Assembly: GCA_964612595.1 (NCBI GenBank)
Contig: CAZTFB010000002.1
Coordinates: 188,933-252,932, forward strand
Source: an uncultured Gammaproteobacteria bacterium
Lineage (GTDB): Bacteria > Patescibacteriota > Microgenomatia > UBA1406 > HO2-37-13b
Reading direction: 5' to 3'
DNA: 64,000 nt
The notes under the pieces are model-generated. The model saw only the letters and a list, made by a program, of their open reading frames with translations, had not been told where the DNA came from and ran no database searches. The position numbers were made by a program, and so were the translations under genes. This document shows positions 1 to 8,759 of the stretch, in pieces (within the stretch, counting starts at the first letter, position 1; every line of letters starts with the position of its first letter).

Positions 1-1587
1 AAAATAGATCTTGTCTATATAGACCCACCATTTGCGAGTGGGGCAAACTACGCAAAAAAGATTTACATAAGAAAGAATCCAAAACTTGTGGAAACGCTCG
101 AGAAAGCTAAGGCAAAACTAAAAGCTGAGGCAGGTGAAGAAATTGATAATAAGGATTTGCAGACTCTTGAAGAGACAATGTACGGTGACATATGGCAAAA
201 GGAGGACTATTTGAACTGGATGTATGAAAGGCTGTTGGCTATTAAGGAAGTAATGAGCGATACAGCAAGTATTTATGTGCATTTAGATTGGCATATAGGT
301 CATTATGTAAAGGTGCTGATGGATGAAGTGTTTGGAGAGGAGAATTATGTTAATGAGATATCTTGGTGTTATGCAGGAGGAGCAGTTCCAAAAAAAGCCT
401 ATCCACGCAAACATGATGTTTTGTTTTTCTACGTAAAGTCGTCAAGTAAATCAAATTCAGCAAATATATTTAATCCTCCAATGAAGAGTTACTCGAAGAC
501 TGGCTCTGGCAGAAGGAGCGATGGCACGAAGTATGATTTAGATGCAGAAACTCCACAGAATGATTGGTGGACAGATATTCCTCAAGAAAACACACAATCG
601 GTTAATGATACAGATTATGCGACTCAGAAGCCCGAGGCACTTCTTGATCGTATCATCAATGCAAGTTCAAACAAAAACATGCTTATAGCTGACTTTTTCG
701 GTGGCTCTGGTGTTACAGCAAAGGTTGCCAACGATCTCGGTAGAAGATTTATAACCGCTGATGTTGGTATCAACGCAATTCAAACTACTCGAGATAGACT
801 TGTTGAGGCAGGGGCTTCTTTTGATATACTCAAGATCAAGGATGGTATTGACCTATTCCGTAATCCTGCTCAGACAATGGCAAAACTTCCAACTATTATT
901 CCGAGCCTCTCAACGACTCATGAATATGGTGAATTTTGGTTTGGTGCAATCACAGACTCTGGGTCGGTATGTCCATGCTGGGTACCGAACTTACTCAATA
1001 AGCATGAAGCCATCGTTAACTCGGCATTATTCAGCAAGATTCTGGATGAAACTGCGAAGCTCGAGGGGGTTAATAAGGTTGTTATATGCACAGTTGATAA
1101 AGTTGACGATGCTGAGATCGATAAAATGATCAAAGATCATGATCTGCGAGACACTGATGGAAACCATATTCTATTCGTATTTAAGGATCTAAAAGAGTTG
1201 ATTGACTTGTTGATCTATCCAGACATAGTTGAATATTCGGTCAACAAAAAAGAGGATAAATATGAGGTTGAGTTTACTCGATTTGTTTCGGATGCTCTTA
1301 TACGGAAAATAGATGAATTTAACGCAAAGAGAAAGGCAGATCAAGCAAAAATCGAGATAAGCGAAAAGGGGCTAGAGTTAATAGAGTATGTAAGCATAAA
1401 CTGCACGAATGCTAAAGGAACGTGGAAATCTGATCAGGAGATAAAGATTGACAAGAAAGGCTATGTTATAGAGAACGGTGAGAAAACTAAACGATTTTGG
1501 GATGGCAAGGTGTTTGTGGATAAGAAGCCGTTGCGAATTAAAGTTAGAAGTATTGCAGGTGATGAAACGGTACTTTCAATATCATGA
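1..1587 (+). CDS. DNA methyltransferase, beta-class amino-MTase (N6-adenine likely); 5' end outside window
   Basis: Frame 1 is open from nt 1. Nt 22-33 encode DPPF (motif IV), followed later by [12 protein letters not shown] (motif I, FxGxG), the IV->I order of beta-class MTases. There is a ~230-aa C-terminal extension without a recognised motif. The TGA stop overlaps the next ATG (ATGA). Confidence 0.85.
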   Translation, partial: KIDLVYIDPPFASGANYAKKIYIRKNPKLVETLEKAKAKLKAEAGEEIDNKDLQTLEETMYGDIWQKEDYLNWMYERLLAIKEVMSDTASIYVHLDWHIGHYVKVLMDEVFGEENYVNEISWCYAGGAVPKKAYPRKHDVLFFYVKSSSKSNSANIFNPPMKSYSKTGSGRRSDGTKYDLDAETPQNDWWTDIPQENTQSVNDTDYATQKPEALLDRIINASSNKNMLIADFFGGSGVTAKVANDLGRRFITADVGINAIQTTRDRLVEAGASFDILKIKDGIDLFRNPAQTMAKLPTIIPSLSTTHEYGEFWFGAITDSGSVCPCWVPNLLNKHEAIVNSALFSKILDETAKLEGVNKVVICTVDKVDDAEIDKMIKDHDLRDTDGNHILFVFKDLKELIDLLIYPDIVEYSVNKKEDKYEVEFTRFVSDALIRKIDEFNAKRKADQAKIEISEKGLELIEYVSINCTNAKGTWKSDQEIKIDKKGYVIENGEKTKRFWDGKVFVDKKPLRIKVRSIAGDETVLSIS

Positions 1588-2099
1588 GCATCAATCCGAT
1601 TGACTACCACACAGATCAATCCGAGATCATCGAAAAGACCCTCGATGCTTTCGGAATCAGAGCTCGTGTGTCTGAAATAAATGATGAAGGAGACATGTAT
1701 CGTTACGGTCTTGAAATTGTCATGGGAACTCGCATTGATGATATACTTGCCCTTGATAAAGACTTGTCGCTTGCCCTAGCAACAGTAAAGCCAGTCAAGA
1801 TCATCGGTCAAGAGCCAGGCAGGTCTCTGATTACCATAATTGTTCCAAAAACAAAAAACTCTCCAAAGACAGCAGATAAGCAGTCGTATAAAATCATTCA
1901 TAAACAGGAGGTCATAACGAAATATGTAACCTCTGATCTACTTGAACAATTTCGAAGAATCATTTCGGCTCTATTTGTCTTCCTTGCTAATGGGCTCATA
2001 AAGATTGCGAATAAGGTGGATAGTGAGCAGGAAGTTGTATGGGAAGAGTATGAAAATGAATCGGATAGCAAAAGTACCACCAAAAAAGCTCGTTCCTGA
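1584..2099 (+). CDS. FtsK-alpha-like domain protein without motor ATPase
   Basis: [74 protein letters not shown] follows the pattern of the FtsK/SpoIIIE alpha domain (..FGI.A.V....GP.vtryE....G.k...i..L..DLA.al......i.apiPGks.igiEvPN). No Walker A motif follows. A hydrophobic C-terminal segment is present. Confidence 0.5.
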   Translation: MSINPIDYHTDQSEIIEKTLDAFGIRARVSEINDEGDMYRYGLEIVMGTRIDDILALDKDLSLALATVKPVKIIGQEPGRSLITIIVPKTKNSPKTADKQSYKIIHKQEVITKYVTSDLLEQFRRIISALFVFLANGLIKIANKVDSEQEVVWEEYENESDSKSTTKKARS

Positions 2100-2256
2100 A
2101 GACATTTTGAAACAGTCGGAGTTCTTTGAGATCCTAATAGAGATTGATAGAAAGGATAAAACAACTAGAGGATACAGACGAAAACGAACTCACTATACAG
2201 ACAAGGAATAGCGACAGGGCCTCAGAAAAGCCTTCTAATGTGTTGTATAATGTTGT

Positions 2257-2278
2257 ACTTGTCAATTACTTGACAAGT
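2257..2278. promoter_or_regulatory. Palindromic operator candidate in front of the Panacea-module
   Basis: Perfect 9-bp arms ACTTGTCAA (2257-2265) / TTGACAAGT (2270-2278) with spacer TTAC. It lies between a TATAAT (2246-2251) and a TATATA (2285-2290) that sits 5 nt before the ATG at 2296. Confidence 0.45.
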
Positions 2279-2295
2279 AACTACTATATATACAT

Positions 2296-2796
2296 ATGAC
2301 CAACTTCATCTTAAACACAGAAAAATACGAGGCGACCATATTGTATGTGCTCAGCAAAATGGGCAAAGTCGAAGGTATGAAAAAGCTATACAAGCTCTTG
2401 TACTATATTGATTTTGACAATTTTGAGCTGAGAGAAAAACCTATTACTGGTGATATATACAAAAAGTTGCCCATGGGTCCAGTTCCGACATATTTCAATG
2501 CCATAATAGCAAACATGGACTCTGTATCTATAAAGAAGGAGAAAAAGTTCTCACACCACCAAAACGATACGACAATATACACGCTTAAAGGAAAGGTGTC
2601 AGACGATGCCTTTGACGTACTTGATAAAAAGGAGATAAAAATGATAGATAGGGTAATCAAGAAGTATGGTCAATACACGGGAGCTGTGCTTGAAAATCTA
2701 ACTCATAAAGAAGCCCCATATAATGCGGTTGGACCGAATGAGGTCATTCCATATGAATATGCGTATTATAGAGACACGCAAGACCTAAATGAATAA
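2296..2796 (+). CDS. Panacea (DUF4065/SocA-like) domain protein, putative antitoxin
   Basis: N-terminal KLYKLLYYIDFDNFELREKPITGDIYKKLPMGPVP matches the hallmark of the DUF4065/SocA/GepA family. It overlaps the next ORF by 8 nt. Confidence 0.7.
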   Translation: MTNFILNTEKYEATILYVLSKMGKVEGMKKLYKLLYYIDFDNFELREKPITGDIYKKLPMGPVPTYFNAIIANMDSVSIKKEKKFSHHQNDTTIYTLKGKVSDDAFDVLDKKEIKMIDRVIKKYGQYTGAVLENLTHKEAPYNAVGPNEVIPYEYAYYRDTQDLNE

Positions 2797-3199
2797 GAAA
2801 TTCGATGAGGTAATTTATTACCACTATCCCGTTTTTGAACAAGAGCTCCAAGAATTTATTGATAAACATACATCCTCTGACTATACTGCGGAACGAGTTT
2901 TACAAGAAACAGAGAATTTGCTGACCCGACATTTTTGTAAGGAGTTGGTCTTTACGAACAACAACTGCGGATTAGCACCCAATACGGGAGCATATAATAT
3001 CTACTTTTTTAAGAGTCTGGTCATTGCTAACAGCAATATTGGAAAAAAACAACAGCCTAAGAGCTATTTCCTAATGTTAGATCACAAGATCGGCTTTCTA
3101 TGCTTTGGATCCCACATTGAGAACTATAAAGATGAAAAGCTACGCAAGGAGGCCATTAAGCGTGCTAAGGAGCTACTACCGATCTTGGGACAGTTATGA
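2789..3199 (+). CDS. Putative cognate toxin of the Panacea protein (family unassigned)
   Basis: 136-aa ORF translationally coupled to the Panacea gene. The C-terminal KSYFLMLDHKIGFLCFGSHIENYKD loosely resembles the RelE/ParE beta-strand-plus-GxH ending. No firm motif. Confidence 0.4.
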   Translation: MNKKFDEVIYYHYPVFEQELQEFIDKHTSSDYTAERVLQETENLLTRHFCKELVFTNNNCGLAPNTGAYNIYFFKSLVIANSNIGKKQQPKSYFLMLDHKIGFLCFGSHIENYKDEKLRKEAIKRAKELLPILGQL

Positions 3200-3375
3200 C
3201 CGAAATGACACATTGGCTAACTATCCCACTCAGGAAAAAGGTCAGAACACAATTTGAGTGTTGTTATGGGAGGATGCTTTCAGACCAAGAGGTAGAAGAT
3301 ATTGCTGAAAATCTTACTGGATATATGGAAACAATCTTGAAGTTTAAGGCACGCACGACTAAGCGTAAAAGTTAG
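3196..3375 (+). CDS. 59-aa small protein, third coupled gene of the module
   Basis: ATG at 3196 overlaps the TGA of the upstream ORF (ATGA). Open to TAG at 3373-3375. Basic C-terminus KARTTKRKS. It falls below the 60-aa ORF-track cutoff. Confidence 0.3.
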   Translation: MTEMTHWLTIPLRKKVRTQFECCYGRMLSDQEVEDIAENLTGYMETILKFKARTTKRKS

Positions 3376-3485
3376 TATAATAAGTTCTAATGTTGTCCAA
3401 TTCCCCCAGCAAATATATCATAAGGCATCAAATAATATCTTCGTTTCTAACTCCACTTGACTACTACTACTATTACTACTAAGAT

Positions 3486-3875
3486 ATGTTTATGTCTGAA
3501 GATAACGAAACTCAATTAGCTGAAGCAGAAAGCAATCTAGAAGCTCCTGAGAAGACATTTCGAGTAGAAGTCCTTCGCATGACTGATGAGCCAAGTGATG
3601 GAACAATCTCAGGTAATCGTCACGAGAGTGTTCCATTTGAGATAACAGAATCATTGCTTGATGAACTTCGTGCCATTATAGACGAGATGAATGTTCGACC
3701 TTTTGGATGGGATGCAGAAGGTGGGCCAACTGCACAGGATCTTGTTGACACTATCCAATACAATCTTAACCATGAGCCCGTGGAAAATTTGGGTTTGTCT
3801 GATAAAAGTGTTGCTTTCATTGAAAATAGTGGACTATTTGAAACATTCACAAAAAAACAAGACAATTTAGAATAG
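3486..3875 (+). CDS. Acidic hypothetical protein
   Basis: 129-aa ORF with no overlapping competitor of similar quality. The start may be the second ATG at 3492. Confidence 0.45.
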   Translation: MFMSEDNETQLAEAESNLEAPEKTFRVEVLRMTDEPSDGTISGNRHESVPFEITESLLDELRAIIDEMNVRPFGWDAEGGPTAQDLVDTIQYNLNHEPVENLGLSDKSVAFIENSGLFETFTKKQDNLE

Positions 3876-3947
3876 GTGTTCACCCGCATAAAATAACTTC
3901 CAACTTCATCCCCGAGCCCCAGCATTTCTTCAGGACTCCTTCGGCCA

Positions 3948-3956
3948 TGATACAAT
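3948..3956 (+). promoter_or_regulatory. Extended -10 (TGaTACAAT) 6 nt upstream of ATG 3963
   Basis: TG at 3948-3949 and TACAAT at 3951-3956, followed by a 6-nt gap and the ATG. Confidence 0.45.
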
Positions 3957-3962
3957 GTATGC

Positions 3963-4328
3963 ATGAATAGGCAATTACTAATAGATGCTTTTGGATGGGG
4001 ATTTCTTCTTTGGTTAATCGGTTATGCGCTTGGAATAATGCTTTTTACTTTTGTTCCTCTTTCACTAATTGGTTGGATAATTATGCCAATCGGGACAGTT
4101 ATAACCTGGTGGGTATTGGTTAATAAAATAAAAGCAGACACATTTAATTATTATGTTAAGTTGGCTGTGGTATGGCTGGTAATGGCAATGGTTTGTGATT
4201 ATCTCTTCTTGGTAAAAGCATTCAAACCATCAGACGGCTATTACAAACTTGACGTTTACCTCTACTATTTTTTAATTTTCCTTTTACCAATTATCGTGGG
4301 ATGGAGAAGAAAGAAGGAATCGAAATAA
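3963..4328 (+). CDS. Small integral membrane protein (3-4 TM helices)
   Basis: Hydrophobic segments FGWGFLLWLIGYALGIMLFTF, LIGWIIMPIGTVITWWVLV, LAVVWLVMAMVCDYLFL and YLYYFLIFLLPIIVGW. Confidence 0.6.
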   Translation: MNRQLLIDAFGWGFLLWLIGYALGIMLFTFVPLSLIGWIIMPIGTVITWWVLVNKIKADTFNYYVKLAVVWLVMAMVCDYLFLVKAFKPSDGYYKLDVYLYYFLIFLLPIIVGWRRKKESK

Positions 4329-4329
4329 T

Positions 4330-5025
4330 ATGAATATGTTCAGGACAACAAAAGCAAATACCGTTGAAGAGTATCTTTCCATGGTTCCTGATGACAGAAA
4401 AGATGCAATATTATATTTACACACTTTCATCCAAAAAACAGTGCCCGCATTAAAACCGTACTTTGCAACCAATATGCTTGGGTAAGGTAAATTCAAGTAT
4501 ACTAACTATAAGAAAGAAACTATTGACTGGCCAATTATTGCCCTTGCCAACCAAAAACAATATATAAGTCTTTATGTTTGCTCAATACAAGATGGTGAGT
4601 ATGTTGCAGAAAAATACAAAAAAGCACTCGGTAAAGTAAGTGTCGGAAGAAGCTGTATCCGGTTCAATAAGCTCAAAGAGCTGAATTTTGAAGTTTTGAA
4701 GTGGGTATTAAAAGAAGCAGCAACAAATCCCGGTTGGCAATTAAAAAATAAACTAATTAATGCGAATTTACATATGAATGATTTTTCAAAACCTAAAAGG
4801 AAACGATATCTAATACCAGAATATGTTAAGCTGGCACTTGTAAAAGAAAGCGTTTTGAATTTATATCAATCGCGTCCTGCCTATCAGCAAAATGATTACA
4901 TTGGGTGGATAGAAAGAGCAAAAAGACCTGAAACACAATCAAGGCGATTAAGCCAGATGTTAAGTGAATTGAAGGCCGGAAATTTATACATGAACACGAG
5001 ATGGAACGGTTCAAGCACGAGATAA
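4330..5025 (+). pseudogene. DUF1801 (YdhG-like) + YdeI/OmpD-associated-like fusion gene interrupted by one in-frame TAA
   Basis: One reading frame runs 4330-5025 with a single stop, TAA at 4483-4485. After it, 70 sense codons follow before the first possible start (TTG 4696). The context NMLG*GKFKYTNY..WPIIALANQKQYISLYV matches the DUF1801 pattern, where I recall an aromatic residue at the stop position. Confidence 0.6.
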
Positions 5026-5125
5026 ATTAAAATAGAAGTTGCGAACTTTGTCTGCGGTTGACAGCAAAGGCATCTAGCTTCAATCAACTACCTTAAACTC
5101 TACCTCTCCAGGCTTGGATTCTGGC

Positions 5126-5134
5126 TGGTATAAT
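5126..5134 (+). promoter_or_regulatory. Extended -10 (TGgTATAAT) 6 nt upstream of ATG 5141
   Basis: TATAAT at 5129-5134, gap attatt, ATG at 5141. Confidence 0.5.
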
Positions 5135-5140
5135 ATTATT

Positions 5141-5779
5141 ATGTCAAAAAAATCGTCTCCTAAGGTACATTTCATTAAAAAAAAGGAAACTATTATCTTT
5201 GCATTGATTATTTTCTTGATTGTTATCGTCGCAGCAATACCCGCGTATTTTGCGATTTGGAGTTTTAAAAATAATTATAACGAAAAGATTATTGATCGTG
5301 AATTTCATAAAGATATTAGTCAATATCCAAATGTTAAAACAACAAAATTTACGTTGCGGGATGGAGGTAGTATGGTAACTTTAGATATCCCAGAAAAAGG
5401 TCAAGTTAGCTTTTGGTATGGGGTTGACCGCGTACCACGAATTCAATCAATAGGAAGATACAATACTTCGTTTACATGCTTTAATGTCGACAAAAACGGA
5501 AAAAAGGTCAGTTACGCATATGATACTTCTTTGTGGTTGGATGCGACATCTCCATACGCAAAGTGGTTTACTTTTAAAGTAAACACTATTGGCGATTTAA
5601 TTAATCGTTATAGTGATATTGAAACAGTTCTCAATACATTTCCAAAAAATCCAGAGCTTGTTGATTTCAATGATTCCTGGGGAGAAAGACAAATAGTTGA
5701 ACGCTCAAACCCAAATTTTCTGTTAAAACCTAACAATGGACAAGAATCACCGGTATGTGATTTGTATATTAATAATTAA
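5141..5779 (+). CDS. Membrane-anchored hypothetical protein
   Basis: MSKKSSPKVHFIKKKE is followed by the TM helix TIIFALIIFLIVIVAAIPAYFAIW. The start was moved from TTG 5114 to ATG 5141 because of the -10 box. Confidence 0.55.
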   Translation: MSKKSSPKVHFIKKKETIIFALIIFLIVIVAAIPAYFAIWSFKNNYNEKIIDREFHKDISQYPNVKTTKFTLRDGGSMVTLDIPEKGQVSFWYGVDRVPRIQSIGRYNTSFTCFNVDKNGKKVSYAYDTSLWLDATSPYAKWFTFKVNTIGDLINRYSDIETVLNTFPKNPELVDFNDSWGERQIVERSNPNFLLKPNNGQESPVCDLYINN

Positions 5780-6103
5780 ATTCAATTATAGATTGGTATG
5801 TAAAATTGCTTCTGAGAAGTTTGCCAAAAAGTTCGAACAACGTATATGTCGGTCAGCAATGTCAAATGCATTAATACCAGAATTTTTCGTAACAGACTAT
5901 AAAAAAATCTAGATTTCTATACAAACACCCTAGGTTTAAGTCGACTCGACCATCCTGAGAATATGTTGCCATATTCTTGCAACATCCCTCTTCGACAGCA
6001 GGGTTTCATTGTATGAGGAAGTAGAAGAAGCTTGGTATAGAAAAGGTGATAAAGAAATCGGTCACAGAGCGATTTTTCCCAAAATCTAGGATCAAGAGGG
6101 CCT

Positions 6104-6137
6104 GCTACCGACAGGTTGCTCTGAAGCTGTCGGTAGC
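6104..6137 (-). terminator. 11-bp perfect stem-loop just downstream of the two-component operon
   Basis: GCTACCGACAG (6104-6114) / CTGTCGGTAGC (6127-6137) with a 12-nt loop, 9 nt after the stop at 6147. No clear U-tract on the minus strand. Confidence 0.35.
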
Positions 6138-6146
6138 ATGACATCA

Positions 6147-6644
6147 TCAATGCATTTCCATACGCATTCTCATCTTTTGTCCCTTTCCGAATCCAAATAG
6201 ATACGAAGGGTCAATGTCATTTTTTTCTGCCCACATCTCAAGCTCCTCACGTCGCTTTTGAATTTTTGCGCGGCGCTCTTGGGGAGAGAGATTTTTTAGC
6301 TCCTCAAAATTTGCCTCTCTCTGGTTAAATAGCTCATTATGTTTTGCGATCAAAAGCTTCTTTTGAGCCTCTGTAAGCTTTCCGTCCTTAACCGCCTGAG
6401 AAAGCATATCTTCATAGCGAGCGCTCATTTCGCTATGGCGTTCTTTATGGATTTCGTCGAAAGCCTTTTGCACTTTATCTTCACTTACACCGAGTTTCTT
6501 AGACAAAGTCGACACAATAGTTTCTTTTTCAAGTCCGTAGAAACCGGCATTTACATTGTTGACGCTGACCGCAATCACTCCTAAAAGTGCAAAGCTTGTA
6601 ATAACGTATACTACTTTTTTATTTACTTTCTTCATATTGCTCAC
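6147..6644 (-). CDS. Secreted LTXXQ-motif protein (CpxP/Spy/ZraP-like) with Met/His-rich tail
   Basis: Signal-like N-terminus KKVVYVITSFALLGVIAVSVNNVNA, an LTEAQ motif, LSPQERRAKI, and the C-terminus KMRMRMEMH. SD GGGAGGTGA lies upstream. It is the last gene of the RR-HK operon. Confidence 0.5.
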   Translation of the reverse strand: MSNMKKVNKKVVYVITSFALLGVIAVSVNNVNAGFYGLEKETIVSTLSKKLGVSEDKVQKAFDEIHKERHSEMSARYEDMLSQAVKDGKLTEAQKKLLIAKHNELFNQREANFEELKNLSPQERRAKIQKRREELEMWAEKNDIDPSYLFGFGKGQKMRMRMEMH

Positions 6645-6694
6645 CTCCCTTCGTAATAATAATCAAAGTATATGAAGCATGTCTGAAAAATAGC

Positions 6695-7705
6695 TTAAGA
6701 AAGAGGTTGTTTTTTAGGAATACGGACAGTAAATGTTGTTCCAGTATTGAGACTACTTTCAACAGAAATTGACCCGTTGTGTTTTTTGACAATATGTTGT
6801 GCAATCGAAAGACCGAGTCCATATCCCGAGGATCCTTTGTGCGTGCGAGCTGTATCGGCGCGGTAGAATCTATCGAAAATATAGGGAAGGTCTTCTTTTG
6901 CAATTCCTACGCCCTGGTCGCGAATACTAATGAGCACTTCGGTTCGCTTTGTGGCGAGTGAAACACGTATCGTGCTTTTTTCTGGAGAGTATTTTATTGC
7001 ATTCTCAAAAAGCACCATAAAAAGGTTTGTTATCTCGTCGGTAATAATCGCCGCATAGACGTTTTTACCAGCAATATTTATTGCTATTTTTTTCTTTTGT
7101 GCGAGTGGTGTAATTTTTTTTCTTGCATTTTTCAGTATTGCTAGTAGTGATGTATTTTCAAACACGTGATGTGCGAGCGGCTTTTGTGACTGAGCGAGTT
7201 GGAGCAAGGCGCTGGTAAGCTCTTGTAGTCTATCAACTTCATCAATACTTTCGCGAATAATACGATCAGCTTCTTTAAGCGATTTCTTTTTACTTCTTGC
7301 AAAAACCTCAAAGGCAGTTTTTAGAGAGGTGAGAGGAGTTTTTAACTCATGCGATGCGTCGGAGATAAATCTGCTTTGCTCTAATACCATAGCATGTATG
7401 GGAGCAAGTGTTTTTCCTGATAAAAGCCATGCGATCATGCCAGAAAGTACAAAAATAATGCCATTAAGATAAAACAAGTTAATAATGAGATTATTCTTTG
7501 CTTCATCAATAAAACTCAGCTCGAGTATAAGCGGCGCCATTTTCTGCGACTCGAGCTGACGATATATGCGCGTTTTTTGACGAACTTCAATAAGACGAAG
7601 CTCGCGAAGCTGAAGTTGGTAGATGGTCACGGAAAAAATAAGACTTAAGGTCATAATCATAACGACATACCAAAGCGTTAGTTTTATGCGTGCTTTATGG
7701 AACAT
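6695..7705 (-). CDS. Sensor histidine kinase
   Basis: Two N-terminal TM helices, H-box SDASHELKTPLTSL, and the HATPase_c G-boxes IRDQGVGI and GYGLGLSIAQHIVKKHNGSISVES. Confidence 0.9.
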   Translation of the reverse strand: MFHKARIKLTLWYVVMIMTLSLIFSVTIYQLQLRELRLIEVRQKTRIYRQLESQKMAPLILELSFIDEAKNNLIINLFYLNGIIFVLSGMIAWLLSGKTLAPIHAMVLEQSRFISDASHELKTPLTSLKTAFEVFARSKKKSLKEADRIIRESIDEVDRLQELTSALLQLAQSQKPLAHHVFENTSLLAILKNARKKITPLAQKKKIAINIAGKNVYAAIITDEITNLFMVLFENAIKYSPEKSTIRVSLATKRTEVLISIRDQGVGIAKEDLPYIFDRFYRADTARTHKGSSGYGLGLSIAQHIVKKHNGSISVESSLNTGTTFTVRIPKKQPLS

Positions 7706-7707
7706 AA

Positions 7708-8367
7708 TTATTTTGTTGTTATTTTGTACCCAAACCCACGTATTGTTTTAATAAGACGCTCACCAATTTTTTGCCGGATGTTTCTAATATTCACCTCCAC
7801 AGTATTCGGCAAAACATCTGCATCGAAATTCCATACATGATCAATGATTTCTTGTTTCGATACAATCTTTCCAGGATTTCTCATGAGATACTCAAGGATG
7901 GAGTATTCCTTTTTCGATAAGTTAACGAGTGCATCTCTTTTTTTGACCATCTGACTGTATGTATTAACTTCAACATCGTGAGCTACGAGTGTTGTGCGCT
8001 TTATCTCGCGCGGTCTGCGTAACAGTGCTCGTATGCGTGCTAGTAATTCATCGAAAGCAAATGGTTTCACCAAATAATCATCTGCTCCGATATTTAGGCC
8101 ATCGACTTTATCATAGATTTGTGTTTTGGCGGTAAGCATAAGTATGGGTGTTGTTATATTATTTTTTCGTAGATCCTTACATATCTGCATACCGTCCATT
8201 CCTGGAAGCATTCTGTCTAAGAGAATAAGATCGTAGTTTTCTGTTGATGCCATGTCATAGCCAGCAAGACCATCGTAGGCGACGTCAACAGCGTAGCTTT
8301 CTTGCTCTAATCCCTTTTTAATGGTATCTGCGATACGGGTTTCATCTTCAATGCATAATATACGCAT
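7708..8367 (-). CDS. OmpR-family response regulator
   Basis: MRILCIEDE..., LILLDRMLPGMDG and MLTAK form the receiver domain, and a winged-helix C-terminus ends ..IKTIRGFGYKI. The start was trimmed to ATG 8367, which has TATAAT 6 nt upstream. Confidence 0.9.
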   Translation of the reverse strand: MRILCIEDETRIADTIKKGLEQESYAVDVAYDGLAGYDMASTENYDLILLDRMLPGMDGMQICKDLRKNNITTPILMLTAKTQIYDKVDGLNIGADDYLVKPFAFDELLARIRALLRRPREIKRTTLVAHDVEVNTYSQMVKKRDALVNLSKKEYSILEYLMRNPGKIVSKQEIIDHVWNFDADVLPNTVEVNIRNIRQKIGERLIKTIRGFGYKITTK

Positions 8368-8373
8368 ACACAT

Positions 8374-8379
8374 ATTATA
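8374..8379 (-). promoter_or_regulatory. -10 box TATAAT 6 nt upstream of response-regulator ATG
   Basis: The minus strand reads TATAAT-atgtgt-ATG. Confidence 0.45.
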
Positions 8380-8427
8380 CGTCTGTAGCTGAAATCTAGC
8401 TGAATTGTATGCGAGCATGTTCATTTT

Positions 8428-8436
8428 TGATATAAT
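8428..8436 (+). promoter_or_regulatory. Extended -10 (TGaTATAAT) 8 nt upstream of ATG 8445
   Basis: TG at 8428-8429 and TATAAT at 8431-8436. Confidence 0.45.
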
Positions 8437-8444
8437 ACCCACAT

Positions 8445-8756
8445 ATGAAGGAATACAGAGAAGCTCATATAAGCGCGAAGGACGAAGATCAAGCAAATTT
8501 AATTCTCAATACGCTACTTGAGAAAAAACTTGTGACCGGTGGATTACTTTTTATTGCTCCTGCTCGATTTTTGTGGAAAGAAAAGCTCGTCGACCTTCAA
8601 TATTTTAATATCACCGCCTTTACTATGGAAAAAAATCAGAAAGCGATTATCGAAACCGTAAAAAAAATCACCAACGAAGAACTCCCTACCATTTGGTTTA
8701 CAGAGATTGATGGAAGCGATGAGCTACTTGCATGGATCGATGACATGTTACAATGA
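8445..8756 (+). CDS. cutA: CutA-like divalent-cation tolerance protein
   Basis: Size (103 aa) and the pattern ..KLVTGG....PARFLWKEKL....YFNITAFT......II..VK......LPTIWFTEIDGSDELLAWI parallel CutA1 (..kLaAC....p..S.Y.WkG.i.........KT......l...i...HpYe.PEi..l.i..g...Yl.Wi). Confidence 0.55.
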   Translation: MKEYREAHISAKDEDQANLILNTLLEKKLVTGGLLFIAPARFLWKEKLVDLQYFNITAFTMEKNQKAIIETVKKITNEELPTIWFTEIDGSDELLAWIDDMLQ

Positions 8757-8759
8757 ACT

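Noticed and set aside
761-2211. Internal or antisense ORFs 761-1129(+), 918-1133(-), 1898-2164(-) and 2005-2211(+)
   Set aside because: They are embedded in, or antisense to, the methyltransferase and FtsK-alpha-like genes, carry no motifs, and are typical AT-rich spurious frames.
3461-3480. Short trinucleotide repeat CTACTACTACTATTACTACT upstream of the 3486 gene as a phase-variation tract
   Set aside because: Only three perfect units occur before an interruption, which is too short for a convincing slipped-strand switch. It may simply be AT-rich promoter sequence.
5780-6146. 77-aa ORF 5917-6150(-) and possible small RNA (overlapping inverted repeats GAATATG/CATATTC and ATGTTGC/GCAACAT near 5950-5985)
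   Set aside because: The ORF has no start context, is Cys/Leu-rich low-quality sequence, and overlaps the terminator hairpin. The repeats are short, and I could not match them to any RNA family.
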